Source: an uncultured Gemmatimonadales bacterium
GTDB taxonomy: Bacteria; Gemmatimonadota; Gemmatimonadetes; Gemmatimonadales; GWC2-71-9
Reading direction: 5' to 3'
Assembly (NCBI GenBank): GCA_963842945.1
Contig: CAWJIM010000005.1
Location: 128,001 to 192,000 of the forward strand
Length of the DNA: 64,000 nucleotides
Shown here: piece by piece, positions 29,620 to 39,268 of the stretch
Layout of the letters: each line of letters starts with the position of its first letter
How positions within the stretch are numbered: the stretch's first letter is position 1
Made by a program: the position numbers and the translations under genes
Notes under the pieces: model-generated
The model's database searches: none
The model's input: only the letters and a program-made list of their open reading frames with translations
Told to the model about the DNA's origin: nothing

Positions 29620-31372
29620 GCGCGGGTACGCCGGGGAGAGCCTCTCCCGCGTGCCAGCCGGTCGAGGCGAGTTGATCGAACAGGTCCAGCACCGCCCGCC
29701 GGTTTTCATGCACCGCCAGCACCAGCAGATCACCGGGCCGGGCCCATTCCAGCGCCGTCCTCACCGCCTCGATCTCGGGACCTGCCCGGGATAGTGCCCC
29801 GCTCGGTAGACCGAGCCGCAGGAACTCGTCCGACAGGAGTTTCGGAACCTCCCCCGGTGCTCGTCCTCTCAGGTAAGTCTCCATGTCCTTCACCACGACG
29901 CGGTCGGGTTGTAGCGCCCACCCCGCCCGGGCGAGAGCCCGGATGGCTTCGTCCCCCCGGTCGCCCGCCTGTCCCACCAGCAGCAGGCGGCGTTGAGCCG
30001 GTACGGTTCGGGCGACTTGCACCAGGGCCGACATGCCGTGCGGGTTGTGCGCGAAATCGAGCAGGACGCTGATACCTCCCAGCTCCACCATATTGGCGCG
30101 GCCCGGGTTGTCCTCCAGGTCACGCCCAAAGCGGCGAAGGGTGGACGCCATGATTGCCGGATCCAACCCCAGCGCCAGCCCGGCTGCCACGGCCGCCAGC
30201 GCATTCGCGACATTGTGCTCGGCGGTGCCGGCAAAGGTCACCGGAATCTCGGCCACCGGCAGCAGCCACGTGCGCTGTTCCCCCCGGGCTACCACCAGCA
30301 TTCCCTGATCCAACAGCACCACAGTACCGCCGTCCTGGATCTGCTTTCTCACCACCGGTGACGCCGGATTGAGCGAAAACCAGGAGAGCTGAACCTTCAA
30401 ACCGCGGCTCCGTTCCACCAGCAGCGGATCGTCCGCGTTCACCACCAGCGTGCCGCCGCCGGTCAGCGCCTTGGCAACGGTGAGCTTGGTGTCGGCCAGA
30501 TCCGGCAGGGTTTCGATCCCGAATTCGCCGAGATGGTCGTCCGCGATGTTGGTGACTACGGCGACGGCGGCGTGGTCCACCGGTAGTCCCCGGCGCAGAA
30601 TGCCGCCCCGGGCGGTCTCCAACACGGCAGTGTCGGTCTCAGGGAGGCGCAGCACCATCCGGGCGCCGCTGGGTCCGGCAAAGTCACCTTCCTCGAGGAG
30701 CGTGTGGCCCACGGTCACTCCGTCAGTCGAAGTGAGCCCGGTGGTTCGGCCCGACGCTTCCAGCATGGCTCCCAGCATCCGGACCACCGTGGTCTTCCCG
30801 TTGGATCCGGTTATCAGCGCGATGGGGATGTCGGAGGCGCTCTCCCAGTTCACGGTGTCGGGATCGGGCAGATCTTCGATGTGCCAGATGAGGGCGCCCT
30901 TGCCCGATCCAGCGGAGACCAGATCCTCGCCGTGCAGAAAGGTGAGACCCCGGGAAAGCGCGCCGTGGTAGAGTCCGGCCAGGCGGGGGTTCTTCTGTGA
31001 CGCGATGTCGTCCAGCAGCGCGGCGGTTGCTTTCCGGATGTCGGGCTGCTTGTCCCCCTGCAGCTCAGCGGAGGCCACGGCCCAGGCCCGCTCGTTCAGC
31101 TCGGTTGCCGCATAGAGTCCATCGATCGGGGCTGTCAGCGCCAGGCTGACGCCACCGCTGAAGCTGCGGGATGCCAGCTGCTCGTCCGGCCAGTCTACGG
31201 CTTGCAGCAACTGTCGCGCGGCCTGTCGCCAGGCGGCGATGGCGGCTTCCGCCTGCGACGGCTCGATCCGCGCCTCCAGGACCGCGCCCGGACGGTCGAG
31301 CAGCAGGCTGGGGCCGGTGAGCCGGCGGGAGTCCAGAACGAGCATGGCCGGATTACTGAAGCGCGTAGGCAT
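29609..31372 (-). CDS. CphA-like Mur-ligase protein lacking the ATP-grasp domain
   Basis: N-domain-like start (DSRRLTGPSL) joined directly to ITGSNGKTT, ETARGGILRRGL, DDHLG, DFAHNPHG, AGDR. Confidence 0.8.
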   Translation of the reverse strand: MPTRFSNPAMLVLDSRRLTGPSLLLDRPGAVLEARIEPSQAEAAIAAWRQAARQLLQAVDWPDEQLASRSFSGGVSLALTAPIDGLYAATELNERAWAVASAELQGDKQPDIRKATAALLDDIASQKNPRLAGLYHGALSRGLTFLHGEDLVSAGSGKGALIWHIEDLPDPDTVNWESASDIPIALITGSNGKTTVVRMLGAMLEASGRTTGLTSTDGVTVGHTLLEEGDFAGPSGARMVLRLPETDTAVLETARGGILRRGLPVDHAAVAVVTNIADDHLGEFGIETLPDLADTKLTVAKALTGGGTLVVNADDPLLVERSRGLKVQLSWFSLNPASPVVRKQIQDGGTVVLLDQGMLVVARGEQRTWLLPVAEIPVTFAGTAEHNVANALAAVAAGLALGLDPAIMASTLRRFGRDLEDNPGRANMVELGGISVLLDFAHNPHGMSALVQVARTVPAQRRLLLVGQAGDRGDEAIRALARAGWALQPDRVVVKDMETYLRGRAPGEVPKLLSDEFLRLGLPSGALSRAGPEIEAVRTALEWARPGDLLVLAVHENRRAVLDLFDQLASTGWHAGEALPGVPALKG

Positions 31373-31394
31373 AGTGAGTTAGTCTAGTGGTCAA

Positions 31395-31507
31395 AGCGTG
31401 AGCGGGAACTGCAAAGCGTGAGCGGTGAGCGGGTCACCTAAGATCGGTGGTACTCCCGTTACGCTCACGTTCGTCCTGTCCCGCTCCGCTTTCCCGCTCA
31501 CGCTTTT
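31395..31507. repeat. Inverted pair of GAGCGG/T-type short tandem arrays
   Basis: aaagcgtgagcggg..aaagcgtgagcggtgagcggg on the left and cccgctccgctttcccgctcacgctttt on the right. Confidence 0.75.
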
Positions 31508-31514
31508 CTTACTA

Positions 31515-34306
31515 CTAATCTTCCGCTTCCTCCCGCGGCATCCGCACGCCACGGGAGTCGCGCACGAACTCCCGCCGGTGGTCCTCGCCGCCGTCGGCTG
31601 AAACCGCCACCGCCAACGCCGGCTGCGCCGGCCGGATCCGCTCGACCACCCGGGAAGCAGCGTCCGGCCGGTACTGGATCACCTGCTTCCAGGTCCGGGT
31701 GATCGCGTCGCCAAAGATCAGGAGCAGGTCTCCCGCCTCCGCCTCGCGCAGCCCGGTGTCCACCGCCGCCTGCTCATCGGGCACCGCCAGGATCTGCTCT
31801 GCCGGAACGCCGTTCGCCACTAAAGCATCCCGCAGCAGCTGGGGCACTTCGTCCGGGCGCCGGCCCCGCAGCTGATCGTCCCGGCGGCAGATGTACCGGT
31901 CGAAGTTGCCCGCGGCAATCCGGCCGATATCGGCGATGTCCTCGTCCCGCCGGTCGCCCGGCGCCGCCAGCACCACCAGCCGCCGCCCGGCCACGTCCAT
32001 CCGTTTCACCAGGGAGACCATCGCCTCGACCGCGGCCGAGTTGTGCCCGTAGTCCAGGATCACCTTGAACGGATGCTCGTCGTAGATGTTCATCCGTCCC
32101 GGGGCCTGGAAGAACGTGGTGTCGAAGGTGCGGAGCCCGTGGCGGATGTCCTCCAGCTTGAGTCCCATGCTGAACGCCATCGCCGCGGCGAACATCGCGT
32201 TCTGCACGTTGTGCATCGCCCGGCCCTCGAGCGTGGCCGGAATGAGATGGGTCCAGAGCAGCGGAATGTGGGCGCCGTGATCGTACAGGGTGATCATCTG
32301 CCCCTTGATCCCCGACTCCAGCACCATGCCCCGGCCGCCCGCCTGGATGTGCTCCCCCACCAGCTCGTGCGAAGGATCCATGGTCACATAGCAGAGGTGC
32401 TTGGCCTGGGCGTAGTCGGCCATCTTGAGGCAGAGCGGATCGTCGGCGTTGAGGACGGCGGTGTCCCGGGCCACCTCGATCACGATCCGTTTCACTTCGG
32501 CCAGCTGCGCCAGTGTCCCGATCCCACGGAGCCCCAGATGGTCAGCCCGCACGTTCAGCACCGCGCCCACGTCGCAGTGGCGCACGCCCATGCCGGCGCG
32601 GAGCAGCCCGCCCCGGGCGACTTCGAGAACAGCCACGTCCACCGACGGATCGCTCAGCACCATCCGGGTGGCCACCGGTCCGGTCATGTCCCCGGCCACC
32701 GTCCGCTGGCCATCGATGTACACGCCGTCCGTGGAGGTGAGGCCGACGTGATGTCCCGCCAGCTTCTGGATGTGGGCCAGCATCCGCGCGGTGGTGGTCT
32801 TCCCGTTCGTTCCCGTCACCGCGGCAATGGGGATCCGGCTCGGCGTGCCCGGAGGAAACAGCATGTCCATCACCGCTCCACCCACGTCCCGCGCCCGGCC
32901 CTCACTCGGTGCCATGTGCATCCGGAACCCGGGCGCCGCGTTCACCTCGCAGATGGCGCCGCCTACTTCCTTATATGACTCGGTGACGTCGCTGCTGAGG
33001 AAATCCACCCCGCCCACGTCGAGGCCGATCGCCTTCACCGCCCGCACCGCCATCGCGATGTTGTCGGGGTGGACCAGATCGGTGAGGTCGGTCGCGGTAC
33101 CGCCGGTGGAGAGATTGCCGGTGGACCGGAGAAAGACTCTTTCGCCCGGGGCCGGGACGCTCTCTCGGGTGTAGCCCTTTCGGCTCAGCAGTACCTCGGC
33201 CTGATGGTCGAATTCCAGCCGGGTGAGCACCTTTTCGTGGCCCACGCCGCGCCGCGGGTCCTGGTTCACCAGCTCCACCAGCTGCTCGATGGTGTGGTCC
33301 CCGTCTCCCACCACGTGCCCCGGCACCCGCTTGGCCACCGCCACCAGCTCGCCGTTGATCACCAGCATCCGGTGGTCCTCGCCCGCGATGAAGCTTTCGA
33401 CGATCACGCTGCGGCTGTGCTCCCGGGCGACGTCGAACGCGGTGCGCACCTGCTCCGCGCTGGTGAGGTGCACCGTGATGCCTCGGCCGTGATTGGCGTT
33501 GTACGGCTTCACCACCACCGGGTACCCGATCTTCTCCGCCGCGGTTACCGCATCGTCGGCGTTCTGCACCAGACGCTGCCGCGGCACCGGCAGTCCCAGA
33601 TTGGCCAGGATCCGGTTGGTCTCTTCCTTATCTGAGGCGAGCTCGACCGCGATGTGCGGCGTGCGGCTGGTGACGGTGGCCTGAATCCGCTGCTGGAACC
33701 GCCCGTGCCCGAACTGAATCAGGCTCTGCTCGTTGAGCCGGATCCAGGGGATCCGCCGGTCCTCCGCCGCCCGCACCAGCGCCATAGTGCTGGGACCCAG
33801 GGCGCGCCGCTGGGCAAAGCGGATGAACTCGTCCCGCTCGGCGGCAAAGTCGAAGCCGGGCGGTACAGCACCTTCCGGCTGCAATTCGGGGGGAGGAGCG
33901 AATGCAGGAGGGTGAGCGCCAGCCGGCCGGCCTCCACGCCCACGTCTTCCTGCTCGTACTGGTAGATCACGTAGTAATGCCCGCGCGGCCCCTGCGAGCG
34001 GGTCTTCCCGAAGGTGACGCTCTCCCCGGCCACGTTCTGGAGCTCCAGCGCCATGTGCTCCAGGATGTGGCCCATCCAGGTGCCTTCGCCCTCGGTCAGC
34101 CGCCGGATGAACCCGCCCGGCTTGCCGTAGGAACAGCCGTGCTCCTTGAGCCCGGGCAACGCGGCAACGAGCGGGTCGGTAAACCGCGGACCCAGCTTGC
34201 CCGACGGCCAGTCCTCCAGCGGACCGAGGTCTATGTCCAGCTTGATGACGGGGAAATGAGCGTACAGGCTCGGCCCCACGTACACCGTCTTGTCCAGAAT
34301 GCGCAT
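31515..34306 (-). CDS. cphA: Cyanophycin synthetase CphA1; frameshift near 33890
   Basis: N domain EHGCS..GGF..GTWMGHILEH; LGPST; ATP-grasp VVKP..NHGRG, GNLSTGG, EVNAAPGFRMH; Mur domain VTGTNGKTT, DYGHN. Confidence 0.95.
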
Positions 34307-34307
34307 G

Positions 34308-35231
34308 CTAGTTGTCCGTCACGAGACACGAGTCGCGAGTCATGAGTGATCTCTCATCTCGACCTCTTACGGCCTCGCTGCCCTGCTGCCCCCAGCTCCG
34401 CCTCCCGCTCAGACGCGTCTTAGCAATGCCCGGAGCCGCTGCCGCCACCCGGCTGTGCAGGTTGAAGGTTGAGCCTTGATCCAGGATGTGCAACTTGAGG
34501 CCGATCAGACACACCGCGTCGTTCTTGCGGACCCGGGCCATGGAGGAGAACTCGAGGCCGGACGGGTCCACGATCGTCAGCGCGCCGCTGCCCACCACCT
34601 CGAGGGTTTCGTCCGGCGCGATAAACCCGGCGGTGTTCTCGTCCAGTCCGATACCGATGGCAAATGGGTTGTAGGCCAGCGCGGTGAGCAGCCGGCCCAG
34701 CCGGTCTCGCTGGCGGAAATGCTGGTCGATGATGATCCGGTTGGTGAGGCCGAGGCCCGGAGCGAGGGTCACGTTCCGGGCCCGGGGGGAGGCGCCTTCC
34801 TTGCCGAACGCGATCATGTGCTCGGACAGAAACGCCGCCCCGGCCGACGTGCCGGCCACGTGCATCCCCTCGGCGTTTCTCCGTCGGAGTGCCTTGGCCA
34901 CCTCGGTCCCGCCGATCATGGTGCTGAGCCGGAGCTGGTTCCCGCCGGTGAGAAATACCCCGTCCACCCGGTCCAGCACGTCGAGCCATTCCCGCCGCTC
35001 GCAGTCGGTCCGGTTGGCAATGGGGAGCGCCTGCGCGTGTTTGACGCCGAGGTCTCGGAAGAGCTGCTCGTAGCGGGCGCCGGTCTCGCTCAACATGGAG
35101 GCGGTCGGGATGATGGCGACTCGGCATTTCTCCCCGCCGCAGAGTGCCGCGAACCGCCGGAGGATGGCCACGTCGCCGATCTTCTCTTCCGCCCCGCCCA
35201 CCGGAACGATGTACCCTCGCGCAGTCGCCAC
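34308..35231 (-). CDS. cphB: Cyanophycinase
   Basis: GGAE, TGGNQLRL, GTSAGA, DQHFRQRDRLGRL, GLDENT. The C-terminal tail is repeat-like and may be spurious. Confidence 0.93.
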   Translation of the reverse strand: MATARGYIVPVGGAEEKIGDVAILRRFAALCGGEKCRVAIIPTASMLSETGARYEQLFRDLGVKHAQALPIANRTDCERREWLDVLDRVDGVFLTGGNQLRLSTMIGGTEVAKALRRRNAEGMHVAGTSAGAAFLSEHMIAFGKEGASPRARNVTLAPGLGLTNRIIIDQHFRQRDRLGRLLTALAYNPFAIGIGLDENTAGFIAPDETLEVVGSGALTIVDPSGLEFSSMARVRKNDAVCLIGLKLHILDQGSTFNLHSRVAAAAPGIAKTRLSGRRSWGQQGSEAVRGRDERSLMTRDSCLVTDN

Positions 35232-35296
35232 GTCGTCCTTTCAGCGTCTCAGCGAAAACGGAACGCCGCCTAAGATAGTCACCCCGTGGCGGCGGC

Positions 35297-36466
35297 CTAC
35301 CGGTGCTCTGCCTGCTCCAGCAGGCCGCGAATGACCGTACGGCCTTCCATTAGATGCCAGCTGCCCCGCGCCATTACATCGTGGATGGCGCCCTCCTCGT
35401 CGAGGACCACCAGGTCGGCGTCTGCCCCTGCCGTGAGATGCCCCTTCCGCGGAAGCAGCAGAAGGTTGGCCTGGTTGCTGGTGAAGGCGGGGAGTATTCG
35501 CTCGAGTGGCTGGCCACACGCGAGCAGCGCCTGCAGCGCCTCCGCCATCGCCGATGGACGGCCCACATCCATCCGGCTCACCCGCCCGTCGGCATCGAAT
35601 ACCGGGAGGCACCCTCCTCCATCCGAGCTCACCGTCACCCGGTTGGGTGGAAGCCCCGACTCCAGGTAGCGGGTCAGCGCTTCCGGCGCCGACCAGGCGT
35701 CCTCGCCCTCCTCCACCGGGAATGCCGTGATGTCCACGACGCAGCCTTGCTTGGCCAGGTCGCAGGCCTCCTCGAACAGCGCCTTCCGCCGGTTCACGTG
35801 GGTCGGATTGAACACCGAAGGCGGAAGCTCGCTTTCGCCGAGGGCGCGCCGCACCAGCTCCAGCCCCCGTTCTCCGTCGCCCACGTGCAGATGGACGATG
35901 CCGGCCTTGCCGGTCATCAGTCCGCCGACGTGGGCATCGCCGGCAATCCGGAGCAGCTCGTCCAGCGTGGGCTGGCTGGAGCGGTGGTCGCTGATCGCCA
36001 GCTCGCCTACTCCCAGAATGAGGTCGATGTGGGCGATGTCGCCCCGCACGCTCCCGGTCAGCGTCGCCGGCGGCACGTGGTAGCCTCCGGTATAGCACCA
36101 GGCGCTCATCCCTTCGGCGATCAGTCCTCGCGCGCTGGCCACCAGCTCGGCCGTTGACCGCACCGTGTCGTCGGTTCCCAGCAGCCCGATCGCGGTGGTT
36201 ACTCCGCCACCGGTCAGCCGGCTCAGCTGCAGCGGCGGGACCCGGGTGTGCATGCCCGCCTCTCCGCCGCCCCCAGTGAGATGCACGTGGCAGTCGATCA
36301 GTCCCGGAATCACCCGCCGGCCTTCCAGATCTCGCACCGTCGCGCCGAGAGTCGCCGGCAGCTCGAGCTCGTCCCCGATCCAGAGGATCCTCTCCCCGCC
36401 GATCAACAGACTGGCGCGGCCCTTCGGCTGGGGATCGTAGAGATCGGCGTTTCGCAGCAGCTGCAT
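35297..36466 (-). CDS. iadA: Isoaspartyl dipeptidase (beta-aspartyl peptidase)
   Basis: DCHVHLTGGGGEAG, GLLGTD, AISDHRSSQPT, HLHVGDG, PTHVNR, SSDGGG. Confidence 0.95.
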   Translation of the reverse strand: MQLLRNADLYDPQPKGRASLLIGGERILWIGDELELPATLGATVRDLEGRRVIPGLIDCHVHLTGGGGEAGMHTRVPPLQLSRLTGGGVTTAIGLLGTDDTVRSTAELVASARGLIAEGMSAWCYTGGYHVPPATLTGSVRGDIAHIDLILGVGELAISDHRSSQPTLDELLRIAGDAHVGGLMTGKAGIVHLHVGDGERGLELVRRALGESELPPSVFNPTHVNRRKALFEEACDLAKQGCVVDITAFPVEEGEDAWSAPEALTRYLESGLPPNRVTVSSDGGGCLPVFDADGRVSRMDVGRPSAMAEALQALLACGQPLERILPAFTSNQANLLLLPRKGHLTAGADADLVVLDEEGAIHDVMARGSWHLMEGRTVIRGLLEQAEHR

Positions 36467-36550
36467 CGAGCCTCGAGAATCGGGTCAGCAAAGAACTTAT
36501 CCGCTCAGGAGAGAACCGACCATGCGTGCGTGTCGAATGGTGTCTGCGGT

Positions 36551-36642
36551 TAGCGGGGCGGGTGTGGACTCTCCGCAGGTTCAACTACATCCCCACACCC
36601 TTCCCCGGAGAACCTGCGTTCGAGCCCACACCCGCCCCGCTA
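36551..36642 (-). ncRNA. Candidate structured RNA/DNA hairpin, copy 1 (unknown family)
   Basis: 17-bp perfect outer stem, purine internal loop, inner stem CGCAGGUUC/GAACCUGCG and a 27-nt loop. Strand inferred from a G-U pair and the GAA/GGA internal loop. Confidence 0.6.
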
Positions 36643-36725
36643 GATCAACTGGTTCGCAAGAATCATTCTCTTCTCGAGTATTACCGGCGGCATCCAGCAC
36701 TGAGGAGCTACTGACACATTCACCA

Positions 36726-36814
36726 GCGGCACGGGAGTGGCCTCGAAAGCAGGGTCTCAGGGGAGAGGGGGGTGGATGTAGTTGACACTGCTGGAGAGGC
36801 CACTCCCGTGCCGC
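36726..36814 (+). ncRNA. Candidate structured RNA/DNA hairpin, copy 2 (inverted homolog of copy 1)
   Basis: 19-bp perfect outer stem with compensatory changes relative to copy 1; same loop core GGAUGUAGUUGA. Confidence 0.6.
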
Positions 36815-36939
36815 GACACATACCCTGACCTGCGGAGAGATCAACTGTAGCGATACCGCGAGTGATGCGTCAGACGCTCCCGAACGCGCTCCCAGTGTGG
36901 CACATTTCAACCCTCGATGGACCCTCGCCTGAAGGTCGC

Positions 36940-38167
36940 ATGCTCGTTGCCGGTTCCATTACTCCTACCCGCCGCGCTTTCGCCGAGCTGCTGGCCGAAG
37001 CGCGAGCCCGAACCGTGCTGCTGGTCAGCTCACTCGACGCCCACGGTCTGGCGCTCGAGCCAGCGCCCGAAGTGGGCTCCGTTCTCTCCGAGCTCGACCG
37101 CATCGTTCACTACGAAAAACGCTGGCTCCTCGATGATCCCGAGCATCAGCCGGTCGGCTCCTACGACGAGTGGTTCGACCTCATGACCGATGTCCGCCAG
37201 CGAGTGTTGCAGTCGCTGGAGCAGGCCGATCTGCTGGAGCAGCCGCTGCTGGCGGAGCGGTACCAGAGAACGCTGGAGCACGAGTATCGCCGGGGCGAGT
37301 CCATTCTCCAGGCGATGCAGCTTCTGGGACAGCGCTACACCCCGGTGCAGGCGCGGCGGCTTCCCCGCGGCCGGAGGCTGGCCGATCCCGGCGTGATGGC
37401 CCGCTTTCCGGGAGGCAGGGTTCGGCTCGGCGCCGATGCCCAGCTCTCGCCCTGGCCCGAGGAGCGTCCGGTGCACCGGGTGGAGCTGCCCCCGTTCTGG
37501 CTCGATATCATGCCGGTCACCAACGGCGACTTCGTCACCTTCATGGGCGAAGGCGGCTACAACCGGCGGGAGCTCTGGTCCGAGGACGGATGGCACTGGA
37601 TCCGTGAATTGCAGATCGGCATGCCGCTGAACTGGTTCTGGCAGGATGGAGCCTGGTGGAGCCGCTCGCTCGGCCGAGGAGTCGGCGGTCGACTTCACCT
37701 GTCCGGTGTCCCACGTCTCCTGGTACGAGGCCGACGCCTTCGCCCGGTTCGTCGGCAAGCGCCTCCCGACCGAAGCGGAGTGGGAAGCCGCCGCCAGCTG
37801 GGACCCGGAGACCCAGTCGCGCCGGAACTATCCCTGGGGCAACATGCCTCCCAGTCCCCACGTCGCCAATCTCGATCAGCTCAGCTCCGGGCCCGCATCG
37901 GTCGGCGCGCTGCCCGGCAACCTGTCGCCCATCGGATGCTATGGGATGATCGGAGACGTCTGGGAGTGGACCGCGGACGCGTTTCTGCCCTATCGGGAGT
38001 TCGAGGAGACGCCGGGCGACCAGCCTTCCTTCAGCCGCTACGCCAAGGTGCTCCGCGGGGGATCATGGGCCACGCGCATCGGCGCCATCCGGACGACGTC
38101 CCGCCGCCCGGGAAAGCCCGAGTCGCGCTACCTGTTCAGCGGCTTCCGCTGCGCTCGGGATGCCTAA
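36940..38167 (+). CDS. EgtB paralog (DinB + FGE-sulfatase) with a degenerate metal site; frameshift near 37680
   Basis: AEARARTVLL, PVTNGDF, PVSHVSWYEA, KRLPTEAEWE, GDVWEW, VLRGGSW, FSGFRC. The His motifs read DRIVH and EHEYRRGE. Confidence 0.85.
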
Positions 38168-38168
38168 C

Positions 38169-38319
38169 AGCGTGAGCGGTAAGCGGTGAGCGGTAAGCGG
38201 TAAACGCCAAGGCGGTGAGCGAGCAGCGACAGTAGTCACCCATGAGCGCAGCGAACGGGGCCGAAGCCGCCTCCTATCACCGTACGCTTACCGTTCACCG
38301 CTTACCGCTTACCGCTTAC
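38169..38319. repeat. Inverted heptamer arrays ((A/G)AGCGGT)n / (ACCGCTT)n around a degenerate REP-like unit
   Basis: agcgtgagcggtaagcggtgagcggtaagcggtaa at 38169; gtcacccatgagcgcagcgaacgggg near 38235; cttaccgttcaccgcttaccgcttaccgcttac ending at 38319. Confidence 0.85.
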
Positions 38320-39138
38320 TGTCTGTAGTCCTTCCGGAACCCCGTTGGGATACACCTCCCGGATCGCGGCTTCGATCTGCTGAATCCGGTTCTCCGGATT
38401 GGGATGCGTGCTGAAGAACTCCGGCGGCCGGTTTCCCTGTGAGCTCTCCTCCAGAATCTTCATCAGCGCGATCATCGAGCGCGGATCGTACTTCGATTCG
38501 CTGGCGAAACGGACGCCGAGACGGTCCGATTCCAGCTCGTCCTGCCGGCCGAACCGCATCGTCACCAGCTGCCCGATCATCGCCACCACCGCGGCGGAGT
38601 TCCGGCTCGACGGATCGCTGGGATCGTAGGCGGCCAGCACCGCGGCGCCGGTGAGTCCCTGAGTCAGCTGCTCCTTGGCGATGTGCTCCGCGCCGTGCCG
38701 CGCCACCACGTGACCGACCTCGTGTCCCAGCACGCCGGCCAGCTGTCCCTCGGTCTTGAGCCGCTTCAGCAGCCCTTCGGTGATGAACACTTGCCCGCCC
38801 GGCAGCGCAAACGCGTTGATCGTCTCGGGGTCATTCAGGACGTGGAAGTCGTAGCGGTAGGGGCTCTGGCCGGCGGCGCTCTGGGCCACGATCCGTTCAC
38901 CGACCTTGTCCACCAGCGCCTGCAGCTGGGGATCCGGGTCCTCGCCCCCGAACTGCTGCGCCATCTCCGGGGCCGCCTGAAGCCCGAGCGCGACTTCCTG
39001 CTCCGGCGTTATCCCGGCGACGTGCTGCTTCTCTTTGGTGATGGGATTGAACACGCTGCTGCCGTAATACCCCAGGATGGAGATCACGGCGACGATGAGG
39101 GCAATCACGAGCCGGCCACGCGACACAGAGCCTCCCAA
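38302..39138 (-). CDS. M48 family zinc metallopeptidase
   Basis: INAFALPGG, HEVGH, ELESD, FFSTHP. Confidence 0.92.
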   Translation of the reverse strand: MGGSVSRGRLVIALIVAVISILGYYGSSVFNPITKEKQHVAGITPEQEVALGLQAAPEMAQQFGGEDPDPQLQALVDKVGERIVAQSAAGQSPYRYDFHVLNDPETINAFALPGGQVFITEGLLKRLKTEGQLAGVLGHEVGHVVARHGAEHIAKEQLTQGLTGAAVLAAYDPSDPSSRNSAAVVAMIGQLVTMRFGRQDELESDRLGVRFASESKYDPRSMIALMKILEESSQGNRPPEFFSTHPNPENRIQQIEAAIREVYPNGVPEGLQTVSGKR

Positions 39139-39204
39139 GGACGGGGGAGCCCAAAGCTACTTACCTACAGGCAATCCGACGGTGACTCCCCTCACGCTTC
39201 ATCG

Positions 39205-39267
39205 TACCGCCTGACCGCCCGACCGCCCTACCGCCTCACCGCCTGACCGCCTGACCGCCTGACCGCC
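39205..39267. repeat. Octamer tandem array (ACCGCCTG-like), about 8 units
   Basis: taccgcctgaccgcccgaccgccctaccgcctcaccgcctgaccgcctgaccgcctgaccgcc, directly after the MCP stop codon. Confidence 0.9.
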
Positions 39268-39268
39268 G

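Noticed and set aside
31515..34306. Naturally split cphA (separate N domain)
   Set aside because: The two ORFs join by a single frameshift near a G/C run around 33890, and no RBS is evident for the second part.
36522..36910. Short ORFs across the twin-hairpin region
   Set aside because: No recognisable protein features; the sequence is better explained by the covarying stems.
38169..39267. CRISPR array
   Set aside because: Units are 7-8 nt tandem repeats with no spacers, and no cas genes are present.
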